64,000 nucleotides of DNA. Source: Candidatus Collierbacteria bacterium GW2011_GWB2_45_17. Its GTDB lineage: Bacteria; Patescibacteriota; Microgenomatia; UBA1400; MFAQ01. The notes under the pieces were generated by a model. That model was not told the DNA's origin and did no database searches. It saw only the letters and a list, made by a program, of their open reading frames with translations. Shown piece after piece: positions 27,635 through 37,991 of the stretch. A program made the translations under genes and the position numbers. The stretch is taken from NCBI GenBank assembly GCA_001001485.1, contig LCKO01000006.1, positions 4,350 to 68,349 on the forward strand, written 5' to 3'. Each line of letters begins with the position of its first letter. Positions within the stretch are counted from its first letter, which is position 1.

Positions 27635-29467
27635 TTATTTTTGATTGGATATCGGGAGGTAGGTCTTATTTCCCTCTGCGTCGGAGAAGAAAATAGTGCC
27701 GGAAGAGAAAATCTTCTCTTCTCTGATTTCGATGCCGGGTAGGAGATTTCTGTCGATTGTCTCCTTGTCAAGCGAAGGATGGAGTTCACCAATGAATCTG
27801 GGGAATTTATCCGGGATTACCTGTCTGAGGTCCTCGTCTATTAGTGGCTGGCCGATGATAGTCAGATTGGATAAGGCTAATAAATATTTTCCGTTTTCAC
27901 TCAATCTGGAGAAAACGACATACACATTTTTTTGCGTTCTCGCCTTGGCATTCTTGTCCGGGACAATTTCGATTTTGCCTGCCGGGTCGAAGCCGGGAGA
28001 GAGATGTTCCCACTTCCAAACTGTTTTCCACTGGTTGTGTTCGATGACAAAGTTTAGCTCTTGGTTACTACTAAATTCACCAAAGTCCGTCAGATACTTG
28101 GTATTTAATTTCCCCCGATGAATAGTGTCGGTATCGACAATATCGGTGATAGAAACTTCGATTTTTTTGACCCGTAAAGTAGTATAAAAGTTTTCTAAAA
28201 TAGATTGGAATTTATCTTCCGGAAACTGAGATCTGGTTTTCCGGTCGATACTGCGATAGAGCTCGCGATAGGCCCGGGTATTGAGGAAGTGAGACACGGG
28301 TTCGGTGTGGCCGGGTAAATTTCTAACTGTAAGTGTCGGCAGCAGTATTGAGAGATTGAGGAAAGCCAGGATAAGGATAACTGGCGTGAACTTCCGGAAA
28401 AAAAAGAGAATAAAGAGAATAAAGAGAGGAACAACAGGCATGAGGTAGCGCGCCCAAAAGGGAATGACGGTGTTGACGGCGAGAACTGCCATGCTAAAAA
28501 GAGTGAGATAGATCCAAAAATACTCTTTTTTCTTGAGACTTAAGGCAAATATCACAACTGAGAGGATAACTCCCAAAGGCAGGATGAGGGACCAGTCCCC
28601 CAGCCCAGTCTGAGCACCACCCACCCAAAAACCTTTGTAAATATTCAGAAAGATCCCCCGCCACTGATTGAGATAATCTATGGAATCAACGCCACTATGG
28701 AGATAAAAATCTAATGGCTTTTCGTGAAGCCGGAGCCATGGAATTGGATTTGGATGGTGAATGAAATAAGAGAAAAAAGAAATGACGTACCCGGCAAAGA
28801 CCGAAGATAAATACAGAAGAGTGTTCAAAAATTTTCGAGAACTTAAGAATACCAGAATCAAACCGATGAGCAGAGTCAGCGGAGTGTAAACTCCAATCTT
28901 GGTCCCGGTCGCGAGCCCGAGGAAAATGCCCGCCAAGATAAGGTCTTTCGGCGTGAATCTCTTAAAAAACTTAACAAAGAAAAGAGTGTGAAGAGCAAAG
29001 AGGGCTGTAAGAGGCAGATCCAGCATAGTTTCTTTGATCTGGGTGGCGATAAAAGGAGTGGTGATAAAGAGAAAAAGGCCGAGTAGGGCTGTAGTCCGAC
29101 CGACAAAGAGTTCAAGACAGAGTAAGTAGATTGCTAATCCCGTGAGGAGGTAAAAACCTAAACTAATCCAGTAGGGGTTCCCCATCGAGTATTCCGCCAG
29201 TCCATAGAGATACTTGGCAAAAGGGGGAACTTCGTAGTTGATGTTAAACGGATTTTCACCCTCCACTAGCCGATACCCGACAAACTTGTAGAGCTCGCCA
29301 TCGGAAATTCCCCGAGAACTCTGGGGAACGTTCCACTGAGAGTTGTAATAATAGTTTTCGTAGTACTCGGGATTGTATTTGTAAAAGAAAATCTGTCGGG
29401 AGAAGTAAAGAATGGAAACCGTGACTAGACCAATGAGAAAGAGGAGAATTACGTCTAGTTTTTTCAC
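27635..29467 (-). CDS. polytopic membrane glycosyltransferase-like protein (GT-C)
   Basis: 610 aa. The first TM helix is followed by an ~80 aa loop, then a multi-TM core and a C-terminal soluble domain. Confidence 0.45.
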   Translation of the reverse strand: MKKLDVILLFLIGLVTVSILYFSRQIFFYKYNPEYYENYYYNSQWNVPQSSRGISDGELYKFVGYRLVEGENPFNINYEVPPFAKYLYGLAEYSMGNPYWISLGFYLLTGLAIYLLCLELFVGRTTALLGLFLFITTPFIATQIKETMLDLPLTALFALHTLFFVKFFKRFTPKDLILAGIFLGLATGTKIGVYTPLTLLIGLILVFLSSRKFLNTLLYLSSVFAGYVISFFSYFIHHPNPIPWLRLHEKPLDFYLHSGVDSIDYLNQWRGIFLNIYKGFWVGGAQTGLGDWSLILPLGVILSVVIFALSLKKKEYFWIYLTLFSMAVLAVNTVIPFWARYLMPVVPLFILFILFFFRKFTPVILILAFLNLSILLPTLTVRNLPGHTEPVSHFLNTRAYRELYRSIDRKTRSQFPEDKFQSILENFYTTLRVKKIEVSITDIVDTDTIHRGKLNTKYLTDFGEFSSNQELNFVIEHNQWKTVWKWEHLSPGFDPAGKIEIVPDKNAKARTQKNVYVVFSRLSENGKYLLALSNLTIIGQPLIDEDLRQVIPDKFPRFIGELHPSLDKETIDRNLLPGIEIREEKIFSSGTIFFSDAEGNKTYLPISNQK

Positions 29468-29487
29468 TCCCTAAGTTTAGCAAACTT

Positions 29488-30570
29488 TCAGAGGAGCGAG
29501 GTAAGTTTTTTATTGAACTCGGAGATAGAAAATGTTTTGGCTCGAGCGATAGCCCCTTTGGACATCGCTTCTAAAGCTTGAAGATTTTTAATAAGATGCT
29601 GGGTGGCTGAAGCAATTTCGTCGGGTGTGTTACAAAGTACTCCCGAGTTTTCGGTGATAATTTCTTTCTGGCCACCTTTGTTGATGACTAGGGGGATACA
29701 ACCGGCGGACATGGCCTCGACCGTGGCCATGCCGAAGTGCTCGACTTTTTCGGGATCGGTTTGCTCATTAATTTCGTAACCGGCGGCATGCCAGAAGAAC
29801 TTGGCTTGAGAATAGAGCTTCTTTAATTCGTTAAAGTCAGGGTTGGTTATAAATTCAACAGACAGACCTTTGGCGAGATTTTTTAACTTTTTGATAGTTG
29901 CCTCATCCCCTATCAATCCACCGGCTAAAATTAATTTATAGCCTTTGGTTTTTCCGGATAGTATTTTAAATGATTCGATTAGAGCATCTTGACGTTTGCT
30001 ATGAGAAGGGGAGTCAAAACGGGCAACAGAGAGAATCAAATTCTCTTTTTTCCCCGACTTAAAGCTTTCGGTATCGATCGGGGGATAAAGGACAAAACCC
30101 TTATCTTTTTGTAAATTCTTTTCTAAGACATTTCTGGTAAATTCAGAGTTGTAGACAAACTTTCGGACGAAGACAGTCTTTAGATTATTGATGATGCTGT
30201 TACTGCCCAGTTTTTTGAAGGGAACCTGAAAGTGTATCAGATTGTTTTTCGAGAATAAAAAGGGGAGACTGCCGTCGCTCACCCAGAAAATTAGATCGAA
30301 GTCTTTGGTAAATTTCAGTCTTTCGGCATAATCGGTTTTCTGGCTACAGAGGTCGTAGATCCCCTGATCGAGAGTGATTTTGGACAGATCGAGTCCAAAA
30401 CGAGTTTCCGCGGCTAGAAGATCATTTTTGGCTGGCCAGGCAAGAACGACCGAGTAACCATTTTGAATTAGTCCTAAAGCAAAGGTAAGCACGTAGCGCT
30501 CCCCTCCTCCGAGAGTGTCAATGTAGGGATCGTAAATTAAAGCTTTTTTCATGATTTTTTCTCTTCCCAT
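29488..30570 (-). CDS. glycosyltransferase family 4 (GT-B)
   Basis: 'HFGMATVEAMSAGCIPLV' GT4 C-terminal motif. Confidence 0.75.
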   Translation of the reverse strand: MGREKIMKKALIYDPYIDTLGGGERYVLTFALGLIQNGYSVVLAWPAKNDLLAAETRFGLDLSKITLDQGIYDLCSQKTDYAERLKFTKDFDLIFWVSDGSLPFLFSKNNLIHFQVPFKKLGSNSIINNLKTVFVRKFVYNSEFTRNVLEKNLQKDKGFVLYPPIDTESFKSGKKENLILSVARFDSPSHSKRQDALIESFKILSGKTKGYKLILAGGLIGDEATIKKLKNLAKGLSVEFITNPDFNELKKLYSQAKFFWHAAGYEINEQTDPEKVEHFGMATVEAMSAGCIPLVINKGGQKEIITENSGVLCNTPDEIASATQHLIKNLQALEAMSKGAIARAKTFSISEFNKKLTSLL

Positions 30571-31355
30571 TCGGCGAGAATCTGTTTGTCGATGTTATCA
30601 TAAGTCTCTTTAAGTGTCGGTTTTCTTTGCATCTCCCAAAGACGCTCGTAGGTGATGAACTTACTGAACATCTGGTAAATAATTTCGACCCAGCCCTCAG
30701 TACCATCTCTCCAAAGTCTTTGCTTAACTGCTCTACTCCAAAACTCGGTCAGAATTATCCGGATGAATCGCCAACCGGCCATAGGAGGATGGTGGGCATC
30801 GAGGAGTAGGTTGGCTTCCGTCTTCGACCACTCCAAAGTGTTGGAGAGTTTTTCGTCAATGTTTTTATGAGAAAGGTGAACCATTTGCTGTTTGAGTTTT
30901 CCAGTGGTGCCGGTCAATTTTGGTTGTTCATGAAGACGGCCTTCCCAGCGCTTAAGGGCGACTCTTTTCATTAATCTCAAAACACGAGGGTCGGGCCAGT
31001 GGTCAAGGTGTTTACCTAAAAAGATTTCATAGCGACTGATGGTATAGGCGGAGTGTTCCGGTTTGTTGATAGTATCGATAATTTCTTTGGCTAGTTTGAC
31101 AGGAACTCTTTCGTCCGAATCAAGGTACAAGAGCCATTCTCCTTTGGCTGTCTTAGCTCCATCGTTGCGCCACTTGGCAAAACTGTCCCCGGTCGTGTGG
31201 ACGATTTTGGTGCCAAATTTTCGACAGATATCAAGAGTGCTGTCCGTAGACCCGGTATTGACCACTATGATCTCATCGGCGAATTGCGAAGATTTTATGG
31301 CAGGGATAATTTCGTGAGCTACGTTTCGGACGAGAATGATGACAGATAGTTTCAT
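30549..31355 (-). CDS. glycosyltransferase family 2
   Basis: The six-frame ORF extends to 31535. The likely start is the Met of 'MKLSVIILVRNVAHEI' at 31355, which abuts the upstream gene's stop at 31357. Confidence 0.65.
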   Translation of the reverse strand: MKLSVIILVRNVAHEIIPAIKSSQFADEIIVVNTGSTDSTLDICRKFGTKIVHTTGDSFAKWRNDGAKTAKGEWLLYLDSDERVPVKLAKEIIDTINKPEHSAYTISRYEIFLGKHLDHWPDPRVLRLMKRVALKRWEGRLHEQPKLTGTTGKLKQQMVHLSHKNIDEKLSNTLEWSKTEANLLLDAHHPPMAGWRFIRIILTEFWSRAVKQRLWRDGTEGWVEIIYQMFSKFITYERLWEMQRKPTLKETYDNIDKQILAEWEEKKS

Positions 31356-31356
31356 A

Positions 31357-32262
31357 TTATTTTTTCCAACTCCCCCAGCCGAATTTTTTGGTGAAGTAGT
31401 CTCTGACCGCGATTTTTTGAGCGGGGGTACCGATAATAAGTTTTTTAATTGCTTCGCGAAGAAGGGCAATTTTGGTACGAGTGCGGGCATAGGTAAATCC
31501 GAATAAAAGTCTGTTCCGAGTAAGAAAATAATCATTTAAAGGAGAACCAATTCCCGAACTCTGAGCCACTTTATGACCGATTTTAATTTGTGGGTCGACG
31601 AGCAATTTATAACCGGCTTTTTTAACGCGAAGACACAGATCTGAGTCTTCGAAGTAAAGACAGTATCTTTCGTCAAAAAGGCCGACTTTTTCTAAGATTT
31701 CGGCCCTGACAATAAAGAGACAGCCTGTGACAAAATCGGTATTTCTAATTTGGTCGAATTGGCCCTTGTCGACTTCGTCTACACCTATGTGGCTGGCATA
31801 GACATTGTCCCAGTCGTGTTTCCCGCCTGCGTACCAGATGACTTTTCCCAAATCTTCTTTTTGGTAATTTTCTTTAAATTCAAAACCTTTGGAAAAGTAG
31901 ATAAGACCTCCAACAACTCCGATATTTTCATCACTAATGGGTGAATTAAGAATATTTGTCACGAAGTCAGCCGGAACAACGGTATCGTTATTTATGAGAA
32001 CTATAATATCTGCCTTATCTTTGAGGGCGCGTTTCATACCGAGGTTGTTGCCAGCGGCAAAACCAATGTTTCCCGGGGAATCTAGGTAGATGGCGTGTTT
32101 GAATTTGCCCAGATTCTTCTTGAGGTTTTTCGAGAGGGAGTTGTCCACACAGTAAATAACAATCTCAACGCCTTTGGGTAAGATATTGGCTTCGAGTTGA
32201 GTGACTACCTCAATGGTATCCTCGTCACTGTGAAAACCAACCGTAATAAAGGCAATTTTCAT
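31357..32262 (-). CDS. glycosyltransferase family 2 (rhamnosyltransferase-like)
   Basis: 'KIAFITVGFHSDEDT…IVIYCVDNS' GT2 signature. Confidence 0.7.
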   Translation of the reverse strand: MKIAFITVGFHSDEDTIEVVTQLEANILPKGVEIVIYCVDNSLSKNLKKNLGKFKHAIYLDSPGNIGFAAGNNLGMKRALKDKADIIVLINNDTVVPADFVTNILNSPISDENIGVVGGLIYFSKGFEFKENYQKEDLGKVIWYAGGKHDWDNVYASHIGVDEVDKGQFDQIRNTDFVTGCLFIVRAEILEKVGLFDERYCLYFEDSDLCLRVKKAGYKLLVDPQIKIGHKVAQSSGIGSPLNDYFLTRNRLLFGFTYARTRTKIALLREAIKKLIIGTPAQKIAVRDYFTKKFGWGSWKK

Positions 32263-32305
32263 TGTCTTAATTATACTGCCTATCGGTACGGTAAAAAAAT
32301 CCCCT

Positions 32306-33223
32306 TTATTTTAGGAGGCGGCGTTGGAGCTTGAGGAAGAAAGCTTCGGTTTTCGAACGGGAAGATTGGAGCTTGGAGGTAATAATCCAGTAACGGAATT
32401 CTTTGAATTTTTCCTTAAAAATGGTCTGCCAGAGAGGAGTGAACTCTCTTTCCTTGATGGGTTTTTGGTCTTCAGACTGCCAGACCTTGAGATAGATAAG
32501 TAGGATGGAGAAAAACTGGAGCAGAGCCATGATGAGACCGTGAAGACCATCTTTGTAGCCTTCACCGGCAAAGAAGCGGGAGAGAAATTCACCAAGGGGT
32601 TTTTTTACTAAATCAGCCGGATCAAACACATAGCCGGACTTGATCAGCTCTTTGGCTTGCTGGGTTGAGTAGCGAAGAGAGCGGGTAAAATATTCGTCAA
32701 TGGTGCGATAGTGGTGGTGTTCTATGGCAAAATCAGAGTCGTCCTGCAGATTGAAGCCATTACCGAAGGTTATCGGAACGGAATGGATCTCATCTTGCCA
32801 CTCGACCGAATCCTTTTTGAAAAAACGAATATTGTAGTCCGGCCACCAGCGTGAATGCTGAAGCCACTGGCCAAAAACCAAGTTTTTCCTGGGGATCCGA
32901 ACAAAGTCCAGCTCGTTCCGATCCGCAATCTCGATTAGCTTGGCGGCGAGAGTTTTGGGAACACGCTCGTCGGCATCGATAATCAGAATCCAGTCTCCCA
33001 GTGCTTTTTTGATGGCGAAGTTTCTGGCCGGTTCGACAAAACCGACAGCCTGATGATCATAAATCCGATCGGTAAACTGCTGAGCTATCTCCTTGGTGTT
33101 GTCCGATGATTCCATGTCCACGACAACAATTTCATCACAGAACTTTAGAGTCTTCAGACAATCAAAGAGATTTTCAGATTCGTTTCTAGTATTGACAACT
33201 GCTGAAATTTTTATCTTGGACAT
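32306..33223 (-). CDS. glycosyltransferase family 2
   Basis: 'ISAVVNTRNESENLFDCLKTLKFCDEIVVVDMESSDNT' GT2 signature. Confidence 0.75.
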   Translation of the reverse strand: MSKIKISAVVNTRNESENLFDCLKTLKFCDEIVVVDMESSDNTKEIAQQFTDRIYDHQAVGFVEPARNFAIKKALGDWILIIDADERVPKTLAAKLIEIADRNELDFVRIPRKNLVFGQWLQHSRWWPDYNIRFFKKDSVEWQDEIHSVPITFGNGFNLQDDSDFAIEHHHYRTIDEYFTRSLRYSTQQAKELIKSGYVFDPADLVKKPLGEFLSRFFAGEGYKDGLHGLIMALLQFFSILLIYLKVWQSEDQKPIKEREFTPLWQTIFKEKFKEFRYWIITSKLQSSRSKTEAFFLKLQRRLLK

Positions 33224-33226
33224 GGG

Positions 33227-36200
33227 TTAGTTAAATTTATATATGTTAATTTCTCCCGAGTCAAAGATTTTCTTTAAGTTTAAGTCTCCCGGATGGAGTT
33301 TAAGTTTTTGGAGAGGAGTTTCGTAGACGTACAAAATGTTGTTTTTGGTTAAAAACTCTATCCCCCATTGTTTATCCTCAGTATTGTAGAGACGCTGGAT
33401 GTCTCTAGCCTTTTCTTTGTAATCAAAGCCGGTGATATCTAAGTTAATAGTATCCGAAAGGAATTCCGGTCGTCCTGAGATGGCTGAAATGTAAGCGGTG
33501 AAGACGTAGGAGTAGAGAGGTTTGGGGGCATAGATTGATCTTGAATCGTTTTGGTTGAATAACGGAGACAAGACGATACCTTTTGGCTGATCTCTAAGTT
33601 TATCCAAAGCAAGCAGTTCGGTGTAACTGATTCGTGAAGCAGAGAAGAAACCAATGTAGTCTTTTAGAGTACCGACCGAAGTTAGAATGGCGAGGAAGAG
33701 CACGGGAACTAGAAGATAAATATTTAACTTAGATAGAGCTTTGGCGGTGAAGATGGCGAGAAAGAAAAGAGCGTAGTACATAAACTGAATGGTGTTCCAA
33801 GGATTGACGTTTTGAATAAACAAAGTGGGAAGAAGTAAACCAAAAAGGATGATCCAACGAACGATAGTTTCCGAAGAGGTAACGGATTTTGTTTTGTAGA
33901 TCTCAAATAGTCCAATAAGGCGCAGGCCAAGGTTACCGAGTAAAAAGACGGCTAAGGCAAAAAGATTAACCAAACCCAGTTTGACAAAGTTACCGGAGGC
34001 CTCGTAAGCTTGCCAAGCAGACACTAGTTGTGGCCAGTAGAAACGATCGAAGGAAGCGAAGAGACTTCTGGGAAACCATAGAGGAGAAAATAGAAAAGGT
34101 GCCGTTCCCCCAAGAGTGATGAAGGGCAGAGATATCAAGCCGCCGAGAAGTAGGACTCCAAAGAATAGTTTATATTTCCGTGAAAAAAGAAGAGCGCCGA
34201 GAAGAAGAATAAAAGCATAAATTTTTGTTTGGGAGAGGAGGGCACCGAGGAGGAAGAGGGAAAAGAGAGTTGTCAGTTTATAGTTCTCAGTTCTCAGATT
34301 GTGGTTCGTGGGGATGGATTCCCGATCAGGTCGGGAATGACTTTGGTGAAGATTGAGGAAGAGAAGGAGGACGACGATGGAGAGGGCGAAGGGGGGGTTT
34401 AAAAAAATGGAAACAGATTGATTGGACCAGAAAGCGGATTCTCCGGAAAAGATGTCCTGACCGTTTAGGAGTTTGGGAATAAAACCGAAAGACCCGGCTA
34501 AAAATATCAAGACTAAAGCCAGTAACCTTTCTGCGCGGGAGTAATTCCAGCTCTTGAGCAATTTATCGAGAAGAAAAATAATCGCAAGGCCGGTAAGGAC
34601 CGGAAAAATCATGAAGTAAAAATTGATAGCCGAGACTCCGAAAATTTTGACAATAATTCCGGAAAGGAAATCAAAAATAAAGTGATAGTTGGATATCTTT
34701 TCTCCGGCTATTTGAGGATGAGAAAGACTAAAGGGAGCACCGGCGAACTTTTCGATCATAGATAAATGGAAAACGGCGTCGTGACCGTTTGGTCCCCAAA
34801 AGCCCATACCAAATGACTGGAGGGTACCGCTCCTAATAACGGTTAGTGAAGCGAGAAGGGCGACGGAGATGCCAATTATCAAGGTGGAGTGAGATTTACC
34901 CGCAAGGGGTATCCAGGAGAGCCACGTCGGAGTACCTTCTCGCAATGACGAACCTTTTGACCTTTTTATTTTTTTTGCTACGAAGATTGTAATTAGAACA
35001 ATTAATAGCCAGAAGAGCCAGGTATAGGAGTTGGTATTTTTGAAGGGGGTAAACGGAGTTAAGTTCCAAGTGGTGATATTCTTCTCTCTGCCAACCTTAA
35101 TGTCTTTGGAAGTGATGGCTGGTGCCGTAAAACCGGAGAAGGAAATTTTGTCAGGAAATAAAGTCAGTGTTTTGTTTTCCAGTTGGAAAGAAATTTCCCA
35201 GTTGTCCCATTGTTTGGAATGTATAGGAGTAGCTTTCTCCATATCTATAGACATGATTAGCTCAGAGCCAGGAAACTTGATGGAGTCGATGACTGCTGGA
35301 ATTTCGTGGAAGAGATCGAGACTTTGATTTGGAGTAGCGAAGTTGTCTTCATAAATGTCTCGGTTGTAGACGCGGAAGTCGATTATCTTGGTTTCTCCAT
35401 TAACCGATTTAAGGCCGATTCTGTAAAAAGGACTTTGGTACCAAAAGACTTTACCCGGGTCGGTTAGCTTAAGGTCGGTAGATTGATAGAAATAAGCCGG
35501 TGAACTAACCGGATAGCGGGCTTTAAACCAGTCACCAAAGTCCGAAAGAGAGATTGGATGAAGACTAAATTTGTCGTGATTTTTTTTGAGGGTGATAAAA
35601 ACATTTTTAATTTCGTCTTTATAGTTCGGAAGGTAATAATCGTTTTCCAAGCCGATGTTGACATAGGTAAATTCATTAAAGAACTTCTGCTCGTATTGAT
35701 TGATAAGTTTTTCGAAGTACTTGGTGTCTTGACCCATGTTCAAGTAATCATTGACTTGGACGGAATAAGCCGACTCCGATCTGTAGCCATAAAAATTAAA
35801 GAGGTCTCTTTGTGCCCAACGAACCATGGCTAAATCGACCCGATTTTCTTTACTTGAGGCAGGAATCAAAGAATTATTTTTGTCCGGGAAGTAAGGACTA
35901 CCGAGATACCCGCCCCATAGACGATATTTGTCGGTGGAGTATTGATCGTCGCAGTTCATGGCGGTCAAGACCGAGTACTTGGACTGGAGATACTGGAGTG
36001 AGTAACTATCTAGATGCCAAGCAGAGACAGACTTGGGATAAGAACCGAAACGAGCGAAGAAAGCATTCATGTAGGTATCGATCAGCTTGATTCTGTCTTG
36101 AATGGTGTAACCGGAGAGAAAAATGCGATTGGCGTTAAAAATAGAAATTCCGGGAGGATATGAAATGTTGGTAGCCTCTGTTAGTTTAGGGGTGATCTCC

Positions 36201-36550
36201 AAGAAAGCTCCGAGAGATTGATTTTTGTCCGTCTCTACAAGATTATTAAAGAAAGCCGACATGGTAGCGTCTTGTACCGCGTCGTATCGCAGAAGCCAAG
36301 TGATGGGAAAAGCTGAATGGGTAGATTCATTGTATTGATAGAGTGGAAGAGCCAATGGGTCTTGACCAGGAGTTTGCCAACCTTCAGTTCCTCGAATGGG
36401 ATTGGCAAAGGTAACAAAAGTTTCCGGCTTGAAAGCTAGAGCTTGTCCGGTAGCCGCAAAGAAAAAGAGAGCTAGGAGGATAAATATTTTTCTAAGCATG
36501 TTTAATCTTAAAGTAACTAAGGGTGTCCGTAAAAAATGATTTGCCTTCAA
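33227..36550 (-). CDS. large (~1100 aa) membrane protein: signal peptide, ~500 aa extracytoplasmic domain, then a polytopic GT-C-like domain
   Basis: N-terminal 'LLALFFFAATGQALA' signal. The C-terminal half is highly hydrophobic. Contains in-frame copies of module A ('TPTWLSWIPLAGKSHS') and module B. Confidence 0.45.
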   Translation of the reverse strand: MKANHFLRTPLVTLRLNMLRKIFILLALFFFAATGQALAFKPETFVTFANPIRGTEGWQTPGQDPLALPLYQYNESTHSAFPITWLLRYDAVQDATMSAFFNNLVETDKNQSLGAFLEITPKLTEATNISYPPGISIFNANRIFLSGYTIQDRIKLIDTYMNAFFARFGSYPKSVSAWHLDSYSLQYLQSKYSVLTAMNCDDQYSTDKYRLWGGYLGSPYFPDKNNSLIPASSKENRVDLAMVRWAQRDLFNFYGYRSESAYSVQVNDYLNMGQDTKYFEKLINQYEQKFFNEFTYVNIGLENDYYLPNYKDEIKNVFITLKKNHDKFSLHPISLSDFGDWFKARYPVSSPAYFYQSTDLKLTDPGKVFWYQSPFYRIGLKSVNGETKIIDFRVYNRDIYEDNFATPNQSLDLFHEIPAVIDSIKFPGSELIMSIDMEKATPIHSKQWDNWEISFQLENKTLTLFPDKISFSGFTAPAITSKDIKVGREKNITTWNLTPFTPFKNTNSYTWLFWLLIVLITIFVAKKIKRSKGSSLREGTPTWLSWIPLAGKSHSTLIIGISVALLASLTVIRSGTLQSFGMGFWGPNGHDAVFHLSMIEKFAGAPFSLSHPQIAGEKISNYHFIFDFLSGIIVKIFGVSAINFYFMIFPVLTGLAIIFLLDKLLKSWNYSRAERLLALVLIFLAGSFGFIPKLLNGQDIFSGESAFWSNQSVSIFLNPPFALSIVVLLLFLNLHQSHSRPDRESIPTNHNLRTENYKLTTLFSLFLLGALLSQTKIYAFILLLGALLFSRKYKLFFGVLLLGGLISLPFITLGGTAPFLFSPLWFPRSLFASFDRFYWPQLVSAWQAYEASGNFVKLGLVNLFALAVFLLGNLGLRLIGLFEIYKTKSVTSSETIVRWIILFGLLLPTLFIQNVNPWNTIQFMYYALFFLAIFTAKALSKLNIYLLVPVLFLAILTSVGTLKDYIGFFSASRISYTELLALDKLRDQPKGIVLSPLFNQNDSRSIYAPKPLYSYVFTAYISAISGRPEFLSDTINLDITGFDYKEKARDIQRLYNTEDKQWGIEFLTKNNILYVYETPLQKLKLHPGDLNLKKIFDSGEINIYKFN
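34272..34301. repeat. module B-like copy inside the 1107-aa protein gene
   Basis: 'gtcagtttatagttctcagttctcagattg'. Confidence 0.6.
34897..34960. repeat. extended module A copy (A with the internal insert 'tttacccgcaaggggtatccaggagag'), in frame
   Basis: 'ggagtgagatttacccgcaaggggtatccaggagagccacgtcggagtaccttctcgcaatgacg'. Confidence 0.85.
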
Positions 36551-37991
36551 AAAAATAAATTGCTAGAGAATAAATGGCGGCCGAGCTCATGACGATCATG
36601 ATTAGAGCAGGAAAGGAGTTTATGAAACGGATAGTAAAAAATAAAAATGAGGACATGAAAGCAGTAGCGGCTAAGGGAGTTTTAACAATCGCTAAAAAAC
36701 TAAAATCGACATGTTTCTTGGCCATAAAAATGGTAACTATGGAAGAGGTAGCAATAATACCGGTGGCGTAAGCGACACCGAGGTAGCCGAATTTAATTGC
36801 CAGTAAGGGCATAATAGCCCAAGTGAGACCGGTCCACATGAGCATTAGTTTGAAAGTAGACTTGATGTGCCCGGTGGCATTTAACAGATTGGTGAGACTG
36901 GTACTGATACTGGCCCAGGCGGAGTTGTAGAGATAGATATAGAGAGGAATGATGGCGGGTAGCCATTTGGCGTAGTGGGGAATCAGGTGAGTCATGGGTG
37001 GTGCCACAAAACCCATGCCGGCGAGAATGGGGAAAGCCAAGAGGCACATGTACTTGAGACTGACTTCAACTGCTTTGGCCAGTTTTTCTTTGTCGTGTTG
37101 GAGTCTGGCAAAAGTCGGGAAGGAAACTTTGGTGAGATTGTCCATGACAATACGGAGAGGTAAACCGGCCCAGCGAGAAGCCCAGCCAAGGTAACCCAAG
37201 CCTGTAGTGCCGATGATCCTGGTTAGAATAATGGTCATGCCATCGTCTTTTAGGACAGCGAGAAAAGTATTGGCTTGGTAGGGTAAACCAAAACGAAGTA
37301 GATGAGAAAGAGACGGACGACTTATGCCAAATCTCGGTCTCCAAGGATAAACGAGGTACATGGCAACCAGGCCGACCACTCCCCTACCAAGAACGGCGTA
37401 AGTGAAAGCGGTAACCCCAAAACCTTGCCAAGCAAAGTAAACGGCTAAACTGTTGAAGGTGAGCGTTTCCAAAACTTGAGGGAGGATAAGTTTATTAAAC
37501 TTGATTTCTCTTTCGAGCATGATGGAAGGAATAGTTTTTAGAGAACTAAGGAAGAGTGAGACACCCATGGCATACAACAAGTACATGCCTGCTTGGTCTA
37601 TTTGGTACTGAGTCCGAATAATAGGAGAGAGGACAAAGAGAATAACAAGCAATGTCACGACTAAAACTTGCTGAACCGTAAAGGTGGTGGAAAGATCTTC
37701 TTTGGTAATGGCCTCTTTCTTTTGGATCAGAGCGGCGGCGAGACCAATATCGGAAAAATAGGCTAAGAAATTTACCACCGAAGAAACTAAATAAAATATC
37801 CCGTAAGTGTTGGGGTCTAGGAAAATAGTGAGCGCCAGGGTGGCGATGAAGGAGATTATTTGAACGATGAAAGTTCTAGATATGAGAGCCAAGACACCGG
37901 AAACAGAACGGCGTTTTACCTCTTGGAACTCTAGAGTCGATGGGGCGTCAGGGGAGTTCTGTCTGCCGGCAGACAGGATTTCATCGATCAT
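36492..37991 (-). CDS. oligosaccharide flippase (MOP/Wzx superfamily)
   Basis: 499 aa with about 14 TM helices and the typical polysaccharide-biosynthesis-protein architecture. Confidence 0.6.
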   Translation of the reverse strand: MIDEILSAGRQNSPDAPSTLEFQEVKRRSVSGVLALISRTFIVQIISFIATLALTIFLDPNTYGIFYLVSSVVNFLAYFSDIGLAAALIQKKEAITKEDLSTTFTVQQVLVVTLLVILFVLSPIIRTQYQIDQAGMYLLYAMGVSLFLSSLKTIPSIMLEREIKFNKLILPQVLETLTFNSLAVYFAWQGFGVTAFTYAVLGRGVVGLVAMYLVYPWRPRFGISRPSLSHLLRFGLPYQANTFLAVLKDDGMTIILTRIIGTTGLGYLGWASRWAGLPLRIVMDNLTKVSFPTFARLQHDKEKLAKAVEVSLKYMCLLAFPILAGMGFVAPPMTHLIPHYAKWLPAIIPLYIYLYNSAWASISTSLTNLLNATGHIKSTFKLMLMWTGLTWAIMPLLAIKFGYLGVAYATGIIATSSIVTIFMAKKHVDFSFLAIVKTPLAATAFMSSFLFFTIRFINSFPALIMIVMSSAAIYSLAIYFFEGKSFFTDTLSYFKIKHA

